Assembly (NCBI GenBank): GCA_965197475.1
Contig: CBDANF010000003.1
Span: 2,432,001-2,496,000, forward strand
Direction: 5' to 3'
Source of the DNA: Candidatus Poribacteria bacterium
Lineage (GTDB): Bacteria; Poribacteria; WGA-4E; WGA-3G
DNA: 64,000 bases
Shown: piece after piece, positions 19,537 to 29,889 of the stretch
Numbering within the stretch: position 1 is the first letter of the stretch
How the letters are laid out: each line of letters opens with the position of its first letter
Program-made: the position numbers and the translations under genes
Notes under the pieces: generated by a model
What the model was told of the DNA's origin: nothing
Databases searched by the model: none
Seen by the model: the letters and a program-made list of their open reading frames with translations, nothing else

Positions 19537-20508
19537 TCATTCCAATTCAAATAATAACAATTGTTCAGGATCATGCTGCTTTGCAAGAGAGATAACATCC
19601 ACCGTTTTACTCGAAATCTGTTCATCAATCTGTTCTGCACCATTAACTGGGTCAAGGCTAATACCATCTAACTCAATCAGCGAGGTATTACCCTTTGGTG
19701 GATTGTCAAGATAGCTTGGATCAAGTACGAAGAGTGGTAGACCCATCTTGAGAGCCGTTTTTGCGGCATTGAAAGTCCCACTCATTTTACCTTGTTCGTC
19801 TCGCTCAGGTCCTGATTCAATTACAACGACTGCTTTGGAGAGAGCACACACCAATTTATTCCGAATCATTGCGTTGCGCGCAAGCCATTTCACAGATGGA
19901 TTAAATTGTGACACTGCCAAAATATTTTGTTTCCAGTTGAATTCCTTGAATGCCTTTTTCTGATGTAATTCTTTGATGCCGTAAGGCAGCACGATTGTAG
20001 TTGTTCCTTCTGCTTCTAAAGCTCCTAAGTGTGCTTCTGAGTCAACCCCTTTAGCATATCCGGAAACTACATTTCTACCTAATCGCGCAAGATCACCAGC
20101 AAGTTTTCTCGCAATACCAATTCCTTTATTGGACACATTCCTTGATCCAATAATTGCTACACTATCCGAATTAAGATATTTTCTTTGTCCTTTGATGAAC
20201 AAAATCGGGGTTATTTCAAGAATATTTGATGGGAAATTAGGATGTCCTGGGTAGATAATTTCTACTTCCAATCTTTTTAGTTGCTTATACTCCCCTAACA
20301 CCTCCTCTCTGTCCTCTTCACGGATTTTACTATTCAAGATTTTAGCCAAATCGGGAAAATGAACAGATAGGTCGTTTTGGTTACACGGCAACATTTCAGG
20401 ATCAAGTTGCTGTGTTTCCAATATCTTGGAAATTGATACGAGAAGTTTCGGACCTACGCCGCGTGTCTTAAAGAGTCGGAACCAAAAATAATCTATGTCA
20501 ATTCTCAT
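19537..20508 (-). CDS. dprA: DprA/SMF family DNA-processing protein
   Basis: VAIIGSR, VVSGYAKGVDSEAH, RNKLVCALS and GTFNAAK.AL motifs. Confidence 0.85.
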   Translation of the reverse strand: MRIDIDYFWFRLFKTRGVGPKLLVSISKILETQQLDPEMLPCNQNDLSVHFPDLAKILNSKIREEDREEVLGEYKQLKRLEVEIIYPGHPNFPSNILEITPILFIKGQRKYLNSDSVAIIGSRNVSNKGIGIARKLAGDLARLGRNVVSGYAKGVDSEAHLGALEAEGTTTIVLPYGIKELHQKKAFKEFNWKQNILAVSQFNPSVKWLARNAMIRNKLVCALSKAVVVIESGPERDEQGKMSGTFNAAKTALKMGLPLFVLDPSYLDNPPKGNTSLIELDGISLDPVNGAEQIDEQISSKTVDVISLAKQHDPEQLLLFELE

Positions 20509-20557
20509 CTTTATGTCCTTCTGTTAGTGAGCGTTAGGATTTCTAAAATTTGCAACT

Positions 20558-21199
20558 TTAACTTCCACTTGTCCGCGTCCGCGTGAGTGTTAGAACAAGC
20601 ACATGCCGAACACTACCCTGATCATAAAGGGCGTTGGTGACTTCGGTTAAAGTTGTTCCAGAATCAAAGAGATCATCAAACAGCAACACACACTGATCTT
20701 TGAACTCTTGGTTGTGAACAACAAACACCCCTTGAAGTTGTTCACGTTTTCTTTCTACGTCCGGAATATTTTTAAGGGGTAGCGTCTGTTTTACTTTCTT
20801 CAGATAATCAGTGTGAACCGGCAGCCCAAGCAGTTTTCCTACCTCTCGTGCGATTTCGGTAACAGGTTGAAAATCCCTATTTGTGTCTGAGATCGGGATG
20901 GGAATAATTGCCTTCAAATATGGGAGAACAGGATACCCATCAACGGCAAATTCTTGTATAACAAATTGAGCTGCGGTTTCAGCTATCGGTTGGATCTTGC
21001 TTCTATCATTGTTGTACTTTACCTGATAAACCAATTCACCAAGTTCAGTCCGATCCGTGTCATATCCTCCATCTGGTAAAGGACGACTTGATATCGTGTG
21101 AATATCCAAAGCCCATCCAGATCGCCAATTTCCGTGAATTTTTTGCGGATTGATATTCAAGAATTGATCAATAGAGTTTGGGACTTCACAAAGAAACAC
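20558..21199 (-). CDS. ComF-like phosphoribosyltransferase (start uncertain)
   Basis: PRPP loop VLLFDDLFDSGTTL; GWALD.HT.SS and RTELGELVYQVKY motifs. Confidence 0.85.
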   Translation of the reverse strand: MFLCEVPNSIDQFLNINPQKIHGNWRSGWALDIHTISSRPLPDGGYDTDRTELGELVYQVKYNNDRSKIQPIAETAAQFVIQEFAVDGYPVLPYLKAIIPIPISDTNRDFQPVTEIAREVGKLLGLPVHTDYLKKVKQTLPLKNIPDVERKREQLQGVFVVHNQEFKDQCVLLFDDLFDSGTTLTEVTNALYDQGSVRHVLVLTLTRTRTSGS

Positions 21200-21357
21200 T
21201 GTGCTATCCTAACTTACACATCATTTATCATTTTCTGTAGGGTACCACAAAGTGGCTATGAAGTCAACTTTTTTATATTAATTGGGAGTGTAGATTTTAT
21301 GTCATGAAGCGTAAGGTTGCCCTTTGTCTGACCAGGATTTCATATCAACGCGGTATC

Positions 21358-21412
21358 TCCAACCGAATCAACGCTAAATGCGCGTACGGTATTTAGCGTT
21401 GATTCGGTTGGA
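21358..21412. repeat. 22-bp perfect inverted repeat with 11-nt loop
   Basis: TCCAACCGAATCAACGCTAAAT / ATTTAGCGTTGATTCGGTTGGA. Confidence 0.85.
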
Positions 21413-21495
21413 CAAATTACCGTTTCTGTTTCCAGTCCATAATCCGCGTAAAACCACGATTCAGATTACAAAATATCTACATTCCACTTTTATAT

Positions 21496-22641
21496 TTAAG
21501 CGTTGACTATAAATCCGTTCTCTTCAAGTGCTTTTTGATAGGGACCTTCATCTATTCTCAACCCAAAACCGGGGAGATCGGGGACATTTACATATCCATT
21601 TGAAATAGAATAGCTGGAATCGTCTACCCCCGGTGTTGTTGCATGATCCCATTCAACAAACTCAAACCGCTCTACCTTAGCAGCGAGGTGACATGTGGCA
21701 AAATTACCGTAGTATCCACCGTAATGATGTGGTGCTGTGCCCACGTTAGCAGCATCCAATTCGGGTCCCAATTCAAGCCATCGTGAGAAACCAGGATGGA
21801 AAATATCATATTGAACTATGTCAATAAGTCCTTGTTTTGCCCAGCTGATTAGATTCGGAGAGGCACCACCTTCGCCATCGGCGATTTTGGTCTGTATTCC
21901 TTCAGCATTCAACCATTCCTTTAGTAGACTATAAACCCGTGCATCCTCGTGAAACGCTTCCTCCATCCAATAGACATTAGCATCTGCTGTTCCACCTAAT
22001 ACCTGCTTGGTAATATTGAGATTGTAGCCGTTGTTTGCGTCAATTAGAATTGTAGCATCAGATCCCACTGCCTCACGCACAGCATGGATAACATCAATAT
22101 CGCGTTGCGTACCTTTTTCAAGGGGCATGTGCATTGCACCACGACCAACCTTAATCTTGTATGCGTTATGCCCACGTGCCTTACCCTCAAGTGCTTCAGA
22201 AGCGATAAAGGCTGCAGCTTCAGCATTGTCATCAAGATGTAGGTCATCAATGTAGAGAGAAGTATCGTAACACGGTGCTTGAAAGTCACCATCTTCACCA
22301 GATAACATTGCATAGACAGGTTTCTGATGCAACTGTCCGACCAGGTCCCAGAGAGGATATTCAAGGAATTGAAATTCCTCTTTCACACCGTTTTCTATGT
22401 CAAACGCATCGCTCAGTTGAAACCCAACAATCGCTTTGGCTTTTTCACGAGAAATTGACGAAAACCCGATGCCGCTGGCACCGTCAGCGGTTGTTATACG
22501 TGCAATGGGAGGTCGCACATGTAATCCGTGTTCACCGAGCCGCGAGTTGCAACCGGCTTTGCGCGGGCGTTCGCCTGTCAAGCGCGCCCACTCAATCCGT
22601 TCTATTTTTACATTTTCCAAAGTTATTCTCCTTATCAACAC
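21496..22641 (-). CDS. Mandelate racemase / enolase superfamily enzyme
   Basis: KIKVG, IDANNGY, WMEE, ADGE and PGFGL motifs. Confidence 0.9.
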   Translation of the reverse strand: MLIRRITLENVKIERIEWARLTGERPRKAGCNSRLGEHGLHVRPPIARITTADGASGIGFSSISREKAKAIVGFQLSDAFDIENGVKEEFQFLEYPLWDLVGQLHQKPVYAMLSGEDGDFQAPCYDTSLYIDDLHLDDNAEAAAFIASEALEGKARGHNAYKIKVGRGAMHMPLEKGTQRDIDVIHAVREAVGSDATILIDANNGYNLNITKQVLGGTADANVYWMEEAFHEDARVYSLLKEWLNAEGIQTKIADGEGGASPNLISWAKQGLIDIVQYDIFHPGFSRWLELGPELDAANVGTAPHHYGGYYGNFATCHLAAKVERFEFVEWDHATTPGVDDSSYSISNGYVNVPDLPGFGLRIDEGPYQKALEENGFIVNA

Positions 22642-22649
22642 TAATTAAC

Positions 22650-23159
22650 CTACATTTGCGTCTGAAGTAAAGCAATACTTTTCTGATCTAATTTATTATA
22701 GTTTTCAATTTCATATCGGTTGCCATCAACATCTTTAATGAGTACGCGCCCATTTTCAAGAGTGACGACATCGTATCGGGTACGCATACCGAACTCTACA
22801 TCACCTTGGCTGGTTTCAACATCCCACAGCGTGACACCGAATTGTCCATCAAGCGAATTGATTTTGGTGATTTTCGGCATAAAGTATCGTTTTTGTAACT
22901 CGTCCATGAGGACATCGCGAGATTGGGATGTAAGCTTTCTTACATCCTCCACAATGCCTATTTCGTTACCCTCGCTATCCAATAGGGCTATGTACCGGAC
23001 CGTTTCATTTATAGGAAAACTACGCACAGGTTCAACCTTCGTATGTGTTGTTCCGTCAGGAAGTTGGACAACAAGTTCTCCAAACGCGTTCCGAGCGATG
23101 CTGAGCTTGCTTGCGTCAAGAAATTCTAATTCGTCAGTAACTTTTATCGGTTCATACAT
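22650..23159 (-). CDS. DUF1854 family protein
   Basis: PVRSFPI, EIGIVED, YFMPKITKI, WDVET and DVDGNRY motifs. Confidence 0.85.
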   Translation of the reverse strand: MYEPIKVTDELEFLDASKLSIARNAFGELVVQLPDGTTHTKVEPVRSFPINETVRYIALLDSEGNEIGIVEDVRKLTSQSRDVLMDELQKRYFMPKITKINSLDGQFGVTLWDVETSQGDVEFGMRTRYDVVTLENGRVLIKDVDGNRYEIENYNKLDQKSIALLQTQM

Positions 23160-23190
23160 TAGTCTGTCTCCTACAACCTACTCCATAATA

Positions 23191-25688
23191 CTACCATGCG
23201 CGAATCTTGGATAATTCGGTCTGTTTTTGACACAGATTTGCATAAGTGCCATCTTTAGCAATTAATTCCTCATGTGTCCCGATTTCGTCTACTTCACCCT
23301 CTTTCAAAACAACGAGTCGATTCGCATATTTTAGGGTTGACAATCTATGCGCGATTGCGAACACTGTCCTCCCTCGGACAAGCCGCTGCAACGCCTCTTG
23401 GATTTTAGATTCCGTTTCAGTATCTATGGAAGAGGTGGCTTCGTCTAAGATGAGAATGCGGGGGTTTTTTAAGATTGCGCGTGCGATAGAGATTCGTTGC
23501 CGTTCACCACCAGAGACGCGCGCACCTCGTTCGCCGACCATCGTATCGTAACCGTCAGGAAATTTGATAATAAAATCGTGTGCATTTGCGGCTTTGGCAG
23601 CAGCGATAATCTCATACCGAGATGATCCAGGTTTTGAGTAACCGATATTTTCAGCAATCGTGCCTTCAAACAGGAATGGGTCTTGTAGCACAACGCCAAC
23701 TTGTTGCCGGAGTGCCTTTATCCGAATATCTCGGCTGTCGTGCCCATCTATAACGATTGCCCCTCGGTTTGGGTCATAGAAACGGGTGATGAGATTGACA
23801 AGCGTACTTTTTCCTGCGCCACTATGTCCAACTAAACCAATCATCTCACCAGCATCAACTTGGAAACTGATCCCGTTGAGAGCATTCTTTTCGTTATCGT
23901 AAGAGAAATAGACATCTTTGAATTCAATGTCACCCGTGATATTGGCAAGTGCTATTGCATCCTTTTTATCTGCAACGGTGGGTGGCGTATCTAATATTTC
24001 AAACACACGTTCTGCGGAGGTGCCTGCGCGGATGAACCTTTCATTCATTTGGCAGAGAGTAGACACAGGACCAAAGAATTGCATCATGTAAGATTGAAAC
24101 ATAACCAGAGTGCCAAGGGTTAGATCGCCTTGGAAGATCTGCCATCCGCCAACTAACCAAATCAGGATAGAGCCGGAAAAGGTGATTAATTGCATGATTG
24201 GACGATAAAGTGTCCCAAGTTTTGCTGCGTTCATTTCTCCATCAAACACTTGATACGTCAGATCGCTAAACCGGCTAATCTCATACCGTTCTCGTGCGAA
24301 TGCCTTGACAACTCTCACTCCGGGAATAGTGCTTGCGAGGATCGTGCTAATTTGGGAGTACCGTTTCCATAAAACCTGATACACTTTGCTCATCTTTTTA
24401 CCAAAAAAGATTGTGAAAAAGATTAGACAGGGGATCGGAATTAGAGTCCAAAGTGCAAGTTTCCAACTGAAAATGAACATGATAATACACATATTAATGA
24501 GGGTAAGAGAATCACCGATAATATCCTGTAGTCCATTTGCTATGAAATCCCGAAGTCTTGATACATCGTGCGTGATCCTGGACATCAGATTACCAGTGTC
24601 ACGTTCATGGAAAAAGTCAATGGAGAGCGTGTTCAGATGTTCGTAAGTCTCGTTTTGGAGTCGTCGGGTGATATTCTGACCTACCCATGCCATCATATAC
24701 CCACGAACAGAAGAGAGTGCCATGGAAAAGACTCTAATACCTGCCATGAGTAGAACAATCCATATTAAGTGTCCAAAACTTCCACCGAGTGGCATACTAC
24801 CGAACCATCCGCTAAACGTATCTGCTATACCTCGCAGTTGTCCCCAAGATGTTTCAGGTAAGGGTTGTCCATTATTGACAGCAGTTCCGACTGGATCCAG
24901 AATATTGTCGATCAACTCTCTGCTTAGAATAGGTGGGAGCACATTGATAAACCGAATTACCAACATCATTAGGAAAGCAGGAATCATGACATGTAAAAAT
25001 GGGATTGCATATTTGAACAGACGGAAAATGAGTTTGCTGTTTTGAACACAGTTTACACACACACCAGTCCAACTCGGGATTGGATGACCGCACTTTTCAC
25101 ATCGACTTTTGTCTCCACCTCGTTGTAACCCCGTAGTACTCCCAATTCCGGGACCTCGTCTGCCACGTCGTCCACCAGGTCCGGGCCCTCGGTGTCTCCG
25201 TCCTTCCCTTGCACCGCTACCGTTTGATGAAGATAATCTTTCTAATTCTGATACAGTAAGGTTGAATTTTGGCGTTAACTTTTTAGAATAGCGCGCCAAT
25301 TCAACAGCATTTTCCGATGTCGTTACCTTGAGTATGGTATTACCGTACATCTCAAGGACTTCAATGTCTTCAACAGAGTTTAGATCCATCTCTCGAATGT
25401 TGTGTCCGAGAACACCTTCCTGATTAAAAGCAATGAGTCGTTTATCAGTAGCTAATAGCCAATCTTTTCCATAAGTGCCATCAAACCGCAGATCGGTTGA
25501 AACAGCAACCTTGATTTCCTCCCCTTTTTCAAGCAGTTCTTGTGCCCGTTTTTCAAGGAGTTCAGGCACTTCTTCCTTCGTCGTTAACTCTGTATTACCT
25601 TTTTCCGGAAACGCGCTTTGTCACCAAAAGACCCCATTCCCATCCGGCGTGAGCTGCCGCGCCCTGAACCTGGCATCGGACCGTGCAT
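23191..25688 (-). CDS. ABC exporter (TMD+NBD) with N-terminal extension; probable 1-nt frameshift near 25590
   Basis: GHSGAGKST, VSGGERQR and ILDEATS. An upstream ATG at 25688 with GGAG SD reads MHGPMPG...KKVIQ and then shifts frame relative to ELTTKEEVPE (track start 25569). Confidence 0.85.
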
Positions 25689-25821
25689 AGGTTAAACTCC
25701 GCTAAATCAAATTATATTTTCTTTTTAACGAATTTTCAGCGGAAAGGTTGAATAAATTTGTGGTGGTCACGGAAAAGCACGCTAATTCTGTGGGTATACT
25801 TCTGTAAAAAACTACACACTG

Positions 25822-25847
25822 GTAGGTGCGGTTTCCTAACCGCACCT
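25822..25847. repeat. GTAG-type REP-like hairpin
   Basis: GTAGGTGCGGTTTCCTAACCGCACCT. Confidence 0.7.
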
Positions 25848-25970
25848 TATGCGCCAATTTAGTGGTTTTTCAAATATGCGAAACTTTCTTCAGTCCCGTA
25901 GGGACGCAATGTTTATAGCAACTCAGGTTTAACAGAAATTTCGCGCACCCTTGAATCTGAGCATTTCAGA

Positions 25971-26732
25971 TTAATTCGCGATTACTTCTAACGCTTGCAT
26001 CCGCTCAAGTGCGAATACCCGAGTATCTTGGCGCAATTCGCAAAATCCCTCTACACACAACGTTTGTCCAGACTCACGACTGTTCGGGATATTAAGAAAC
26101 CGCTCCGGTACAACTACACGCGTCATCCATGTTTTAGCATTCGGTTTTTTATAATCAAACCGAATCTTCTGATTATTGTCAATTGCGAGTTGGATTTCTG
26201 AAAATTGCTCCGAGAACTCTGATTGTGAAGGGGGTAGCGTAAAACTGCCAAGAACATCGCCTTTTCCGTACATACTTTCATGACACGGTTTGCAAATCAA
26301 TTCAAGATTATCCAACGTGTTCGTCCCATCTTCACACAAAGGAATCTCATGTATCAGATAAACGTTCCGTTCTTCTCCACAACTTGAACAGACAGAACCG
26401 TTCTGTTGGATAAAGTGACGTTTTCGTTCACTCCAATCTGGAGGCCAACTTGGGAAATAGTTATAAATTGAGGTCAAAACGGATTTTAACTTCGCGAGTT
26501 CAGCGGATAAACTTTTGACCTTAGACTCAGATAACACGCTTGCTTGTTCTATATCGCTCAACACAAAGATAGACAGTATAAGTTGTGAACTCTGTTGACG
26601 CAGAACAGCCTCAACTTCATCTTCCCGCATTTGCAGCTTGACCAGACAGGAAGGATGAAGAAACTCGCCATTGGACAGTGACATGTCGTATTCATAGTCG
26701 ACATACTGCTTGCACACGGTACAATAAGGCAT
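25971..26732 (-). CDS. Zn-finger + HNH-like + WYL domain protein
   Basis: CTVC...HPSC; PPDW...CSSCG...HEIP...GTN..DNL..ICKPCH; C-terminal AI.....IRFDY...R.VVP...GFCELRQDTRVFALERM. Confidence 0.8.
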   Translation of the reverse strand: MPYCTVCKQYVDYEYDMSLSNGEFLHPSCLVKLQMREDEVEAVLRQQSSQLILSIFVLSDIEQASVLSESKVKSLSAELAKLKSVLTSIYNYFPSWPPDWSERKRHFIQQNGSVCSSCGEERNVYLIHEIPLCEDGTNTLDNLELICKPCHESMYGKGDVLGSFTLPPSQSEFSEQFSEIQLAIDNNQKIRFDYKKPNAKTWMTRVVVPERFLNIPNSRESGQTLCVEGFCELRQDTRVFALERMQALEVIAN

Positions 26733-26856
26733 TTTCTTTTCCTTGCACTTAGGTGCGGCTTGAAGGGAAATTGCACGAACCCAATTTCTCATACATAATT
26801 AACAAAATCAGTATATCATGTTTAACGGAAATTAGCAAAACTTCCAAAGTTAAAAT

Positions 26857-27537
26857 CAGAGCCATTCAATTTTCGAAATACATATTGTTGTATAGGTTAT
26901 CATTATGTGGCCTGACTTTTCACGCCACACATAATGGACTTCACCTTAGAGATTAGTCTAAAATCATTTGAGGTGAAAATGACAAAACAAAAGTCTCGTC
27001 ATCTACTTGAAATGTTAGCAGAAGTTCCTGATTCTCTCAAGTCACAAGGCAACGCCATCCGCTCCCAGTCATTTTAGGTCTCAAGGTTGTCGCAATGCTG
27101 TGTGGGTATCGCAGTTATAGTGCTGTTGAAAAAGGACACGGTTGGATACAAACACGCACGCTTACTGCCAGCACCGCTTTCACAGACTATTTGGCATGGC
27201 CGGGGGCTTGCAAAGTGTATCAATACTGATGCGAACGCACGCAAACCCGCCTAGGAAAAACAACACATTGGATACAATATGGGATAACAAGTTTGCCACC
27301 AGAAGACGACTCCGCAGCACGACTTTTGACACTACGGCGTGGACATTGGGCAATAGAGAACTTGGCGCATCACAGTGGTAGTATTCCACAAGTAATATGT
27401 GCATTACGAAATGCGGTGATCAGTCTTTTGCGCACATCTGGATACACTGAATAGCATATTCACTCCGATATTTTGCCGCACATCCAGAGCAAGCACTCAA
27501 ACTCATCGGGAGAGATACCGAAAATTGAATGGCTCTG
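26857..27537 (+). mobile_element. ISAs1-family element remnant with internal deletion
   Basis: 19-bp perfect TIR CAGAGCCATTCAATTTTCG; fragments LAEVPD..GKRHPL, EKGHG, RGHWAIE and LRNAVISLL with frameshifts. Confidence 0.85.
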
Positions 27538-27626
27538 GATGATAAAAACCTTCCATTCCATAGCCTTAAAAGGTGCATCCGTTTCAGTGTATTAAATGAA
27601 AACAATTTGCAAATCAAAGGAGACAC

Positions 27627-28510
27627 ATGCGTAATACAATTGCTTATAGGTATTGGCAGACTGGTGATGACAACGCTATTCTGAAGTTGTTAGTGCCAGC
27701 TGAACAATGCAGGGAAGGCCATTATTGAAGAAAGTTTAACAGTCCATCTCTTGAACCAGAAGGCATTCGTATAGCGTTAGTTGGTGAAAGAGTTGTTGGA
27801 CATGTATTTGGTTCTCAAACTTCGCTATTTATTGAGGGGAAAGCTCAAGATTTCGGGATGGTGACACTTGTGTTTGTTGCTCCAGACATGCGTCGTCAAG
27901 GTATCGCAACCCGCTTGACGCAGGACCTAAATGCATACTTTGAAAGGAAAGGCTATCGCGGAAGCATTCTTTTTGTCGAGACTGCGGGAGCCTATCAATT
28001 GTATCAGAAAATTGGATATCAAGAGGCTTATAGGGAGTTGCGGACGCAACTCCCACCACGTTCAAATTCTGCTCGACTCAAATGGGCGGAGGTGAAACCT
28101 GAAGATTTGGGTAGTTTACATCAACTAAAAAAGAGATGGGCAAGTCAGAATTTTCCTGTTTTGTGGAATCCTCAAGGTTCAGAGTTACATCAATATAATA
28201 TGAAGCAGTATCGTATGTTACAACGCGGCGCAAGTATCATCAGCTATGCCAAATGGGATGACCCATCAGAACACCGTCCACAAGGGTTAATATGTGACCC
28301 AATGGTACCAGACGAGGCCCGATGGAAATTATCCAATCGGTGCAGGCAGCAATTCCCACCCCACGCGCATGGCAAACAGCCGAAAGGAGTAGATATAAAG
28401 ATTCGCTTCGATCTCTCGGTTACGCACTCCACCCGACAAAGATAGTCAATATGTTGGCATCTTTTGGTCAAGAGATTAATTGGACGGAAATCCCTCGAAC
28501 CTTATGGTGA
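27627..28510 (+). pseudogene. GNAT N-acetyltransferase pseudogene
   Basis: ATG at 27627 (AAGGAG SD) is in frame with 27858; in-frame TGA at 27726; VAPDMRRQGIA and LYQKIGY motifs; frameshift near 28320. Confidence 0.75.
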
Positions 28511-28550
28511 AGTGACGAAACCTTTACAACAGCAATATATGTACACACAA

Positions 28551-29321
28551 TTAGATTTCTTTAAAATAATTCAGAACTGTGTTATGCAGGATTCCATTGG
28601 TTGCTACCAGTGAAGCAGTGTCTTTCGAAATGGCTTGTCCCTGTATATCCGTCACCTTCCCACCAGCTTCCCGCACAATAACAGTAATCGCCGCAATGTC
28701 CCAGATACTAATCGCCGCTTCAATCACTGCATCCACTCTGCCAGAAGCCACGAGGTGATACATATAGAAATCTCCGAATCCTCTGGAGCGAGCAGCAGCA
28801 TTGATAAGATTACATATCCCTCCAAGCATATCTTTTTCGGCAAACCATTTCAATCCGCCGTGGCAGATCATTGCATCTGCAGGCTGCGAAACATAGGAAA
28901 CCTTGATCAGTTCGCCATTTAGAAATGCCCCTTTGCCGACCTCAGCATAGAGAAGTTCGTTCAATAATGGCGCGTTGGAAACACCAAGGATGAGTTCTTC
29001 ATCTTTCATCAGTGCGATCTGTGTCCCGAAGATAGGGATTTTCCGAATATAGTTCTTAGTAGCATCAATCGGGTCAATAATCCACATATAAGGTGATGTG
29101 CCTTCTTGTGTTCCATATTCTTCGCCTAAGAATCCGTGGTCGGGAAATGCTTGCTTGATGGTCTCGCGGATAGCTTTTTCTGCTTCGGTATCGGCGCGGG
29201 TGACCGGTGTTTCATCTGCTTTAAGTTCAACTTTTAATACATCGCTTTTGTAGTATGATGTGATGATCTCTTCTGCATTTTTGACTGCCGCTAACGCGAC
29301 AGTTAAAAAATCACTTGTCAT
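28551..29321 (-). CDS. Inositol monophosphatase family, HisN-like histidinol-phosphatase
   Basis: TPVT.AD, GEE, WIIDPIDAT, RSRGFGD and WDIAA motifs. Confidence 0.85.
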   Translation of the reverse strand: MTSDFLTVALAAVKNAEEIITSYYKSDVLKVELKADETPVTRADTEAEKAIRETIKQAFPDHGFLGEEYGTQEGTSPYMWIIDPIDATKNYIRKIPIFGTQIALMKDEELILGVSNAPLLNELLYAEVGKGAFLNGELIKVSYVSQPADAMICHGGLKWFAEKDMLGGICNLINAAARSRGFGDFYMYHLVASGRVDAVIEAAISIWDIAAITVIVREAGGKVTDIQGQAISKDTASLVATNGILHNTVLNYFKEI

Positions 29322-29436
29322 GAATTCTCCTATTGGCTGGTGGTATTTATAGTAGATGTTCAATTAACGATACACCTTGATCAGCGCGCTTACAAAACGC
29401 GCCTACAGAGAAGAAGCTGTTAGTTTTCCCATAATA

Positions 29437-29811
29437 CTATTCTGAATGTGTTTTCCAAAACCACCGCGTCACTTTTGAGAAAAACGGACGATGCTTAGCA
29501 ACAAACTGATAGACAGCTTCTGATAAGAGGGCAAACCCAGGCAGATTGTTGTAAGACCACAGGAGAAAACGGTTATCTAAGGCTCGTAGAACTGCCTCGG
29601 CACCCGAAAAAATCTGTCCGTTTTCTAAAATTAACTTCACTGAGGTTTGGAATACGGAAATTGGTATCTCTGGAAATTCCGCGGTCACCTGTTGATAAGA
29701 GGCATAATCTATACGATCTTGGGTGACGTGTTGCCATCGAGCAATCCAATATCTGCAGAAATCGCAGGCACCATCGTAAACAAGGAGTGGTTTGTTAATT
29801 TGTGATCCCAT
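29437..29811 (-). CDS. DCC1-like (DUF393) thiol-disulfide oxidoreductase
   Basis: LVYDGACDFC and Y.FVAKHR motifs. Confidence 0.88.
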   Translation of the reverse strand: MGSQINKPLLVYDGACDFCRYWIARWQHVTQDRIDYASYQQVTAEFPEIPISVFQTSVKLILENGQIFSGAEAVLRALDNRFLLWSYNNLPGFALLSEAVYQFVAKHRPFFSKVTRWFWKTHSE

Positions 29812-29889
29812 TAGAAATTACCAAGATACTTGTCAATCCGCGAAAGGTGTTTGCATGTCCGGGTGTATTGAAAAATTTCCATGTATTTC

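Noticed and set aside
25590-25705. GC-rich leader as a riboswitch or 6S-like RNA
   Set aside because: Better explained as the frameshifted coding N-terminus of the ABC transporter (SD plus ATG at 25688).
27726-27728. In-frame TGA as selenocysteine or recoding
   Set aside because: The gene has a second lesion, the context fits a CGA>TGA nonsense change, and TGA is a normal stop elsewhere in the window.
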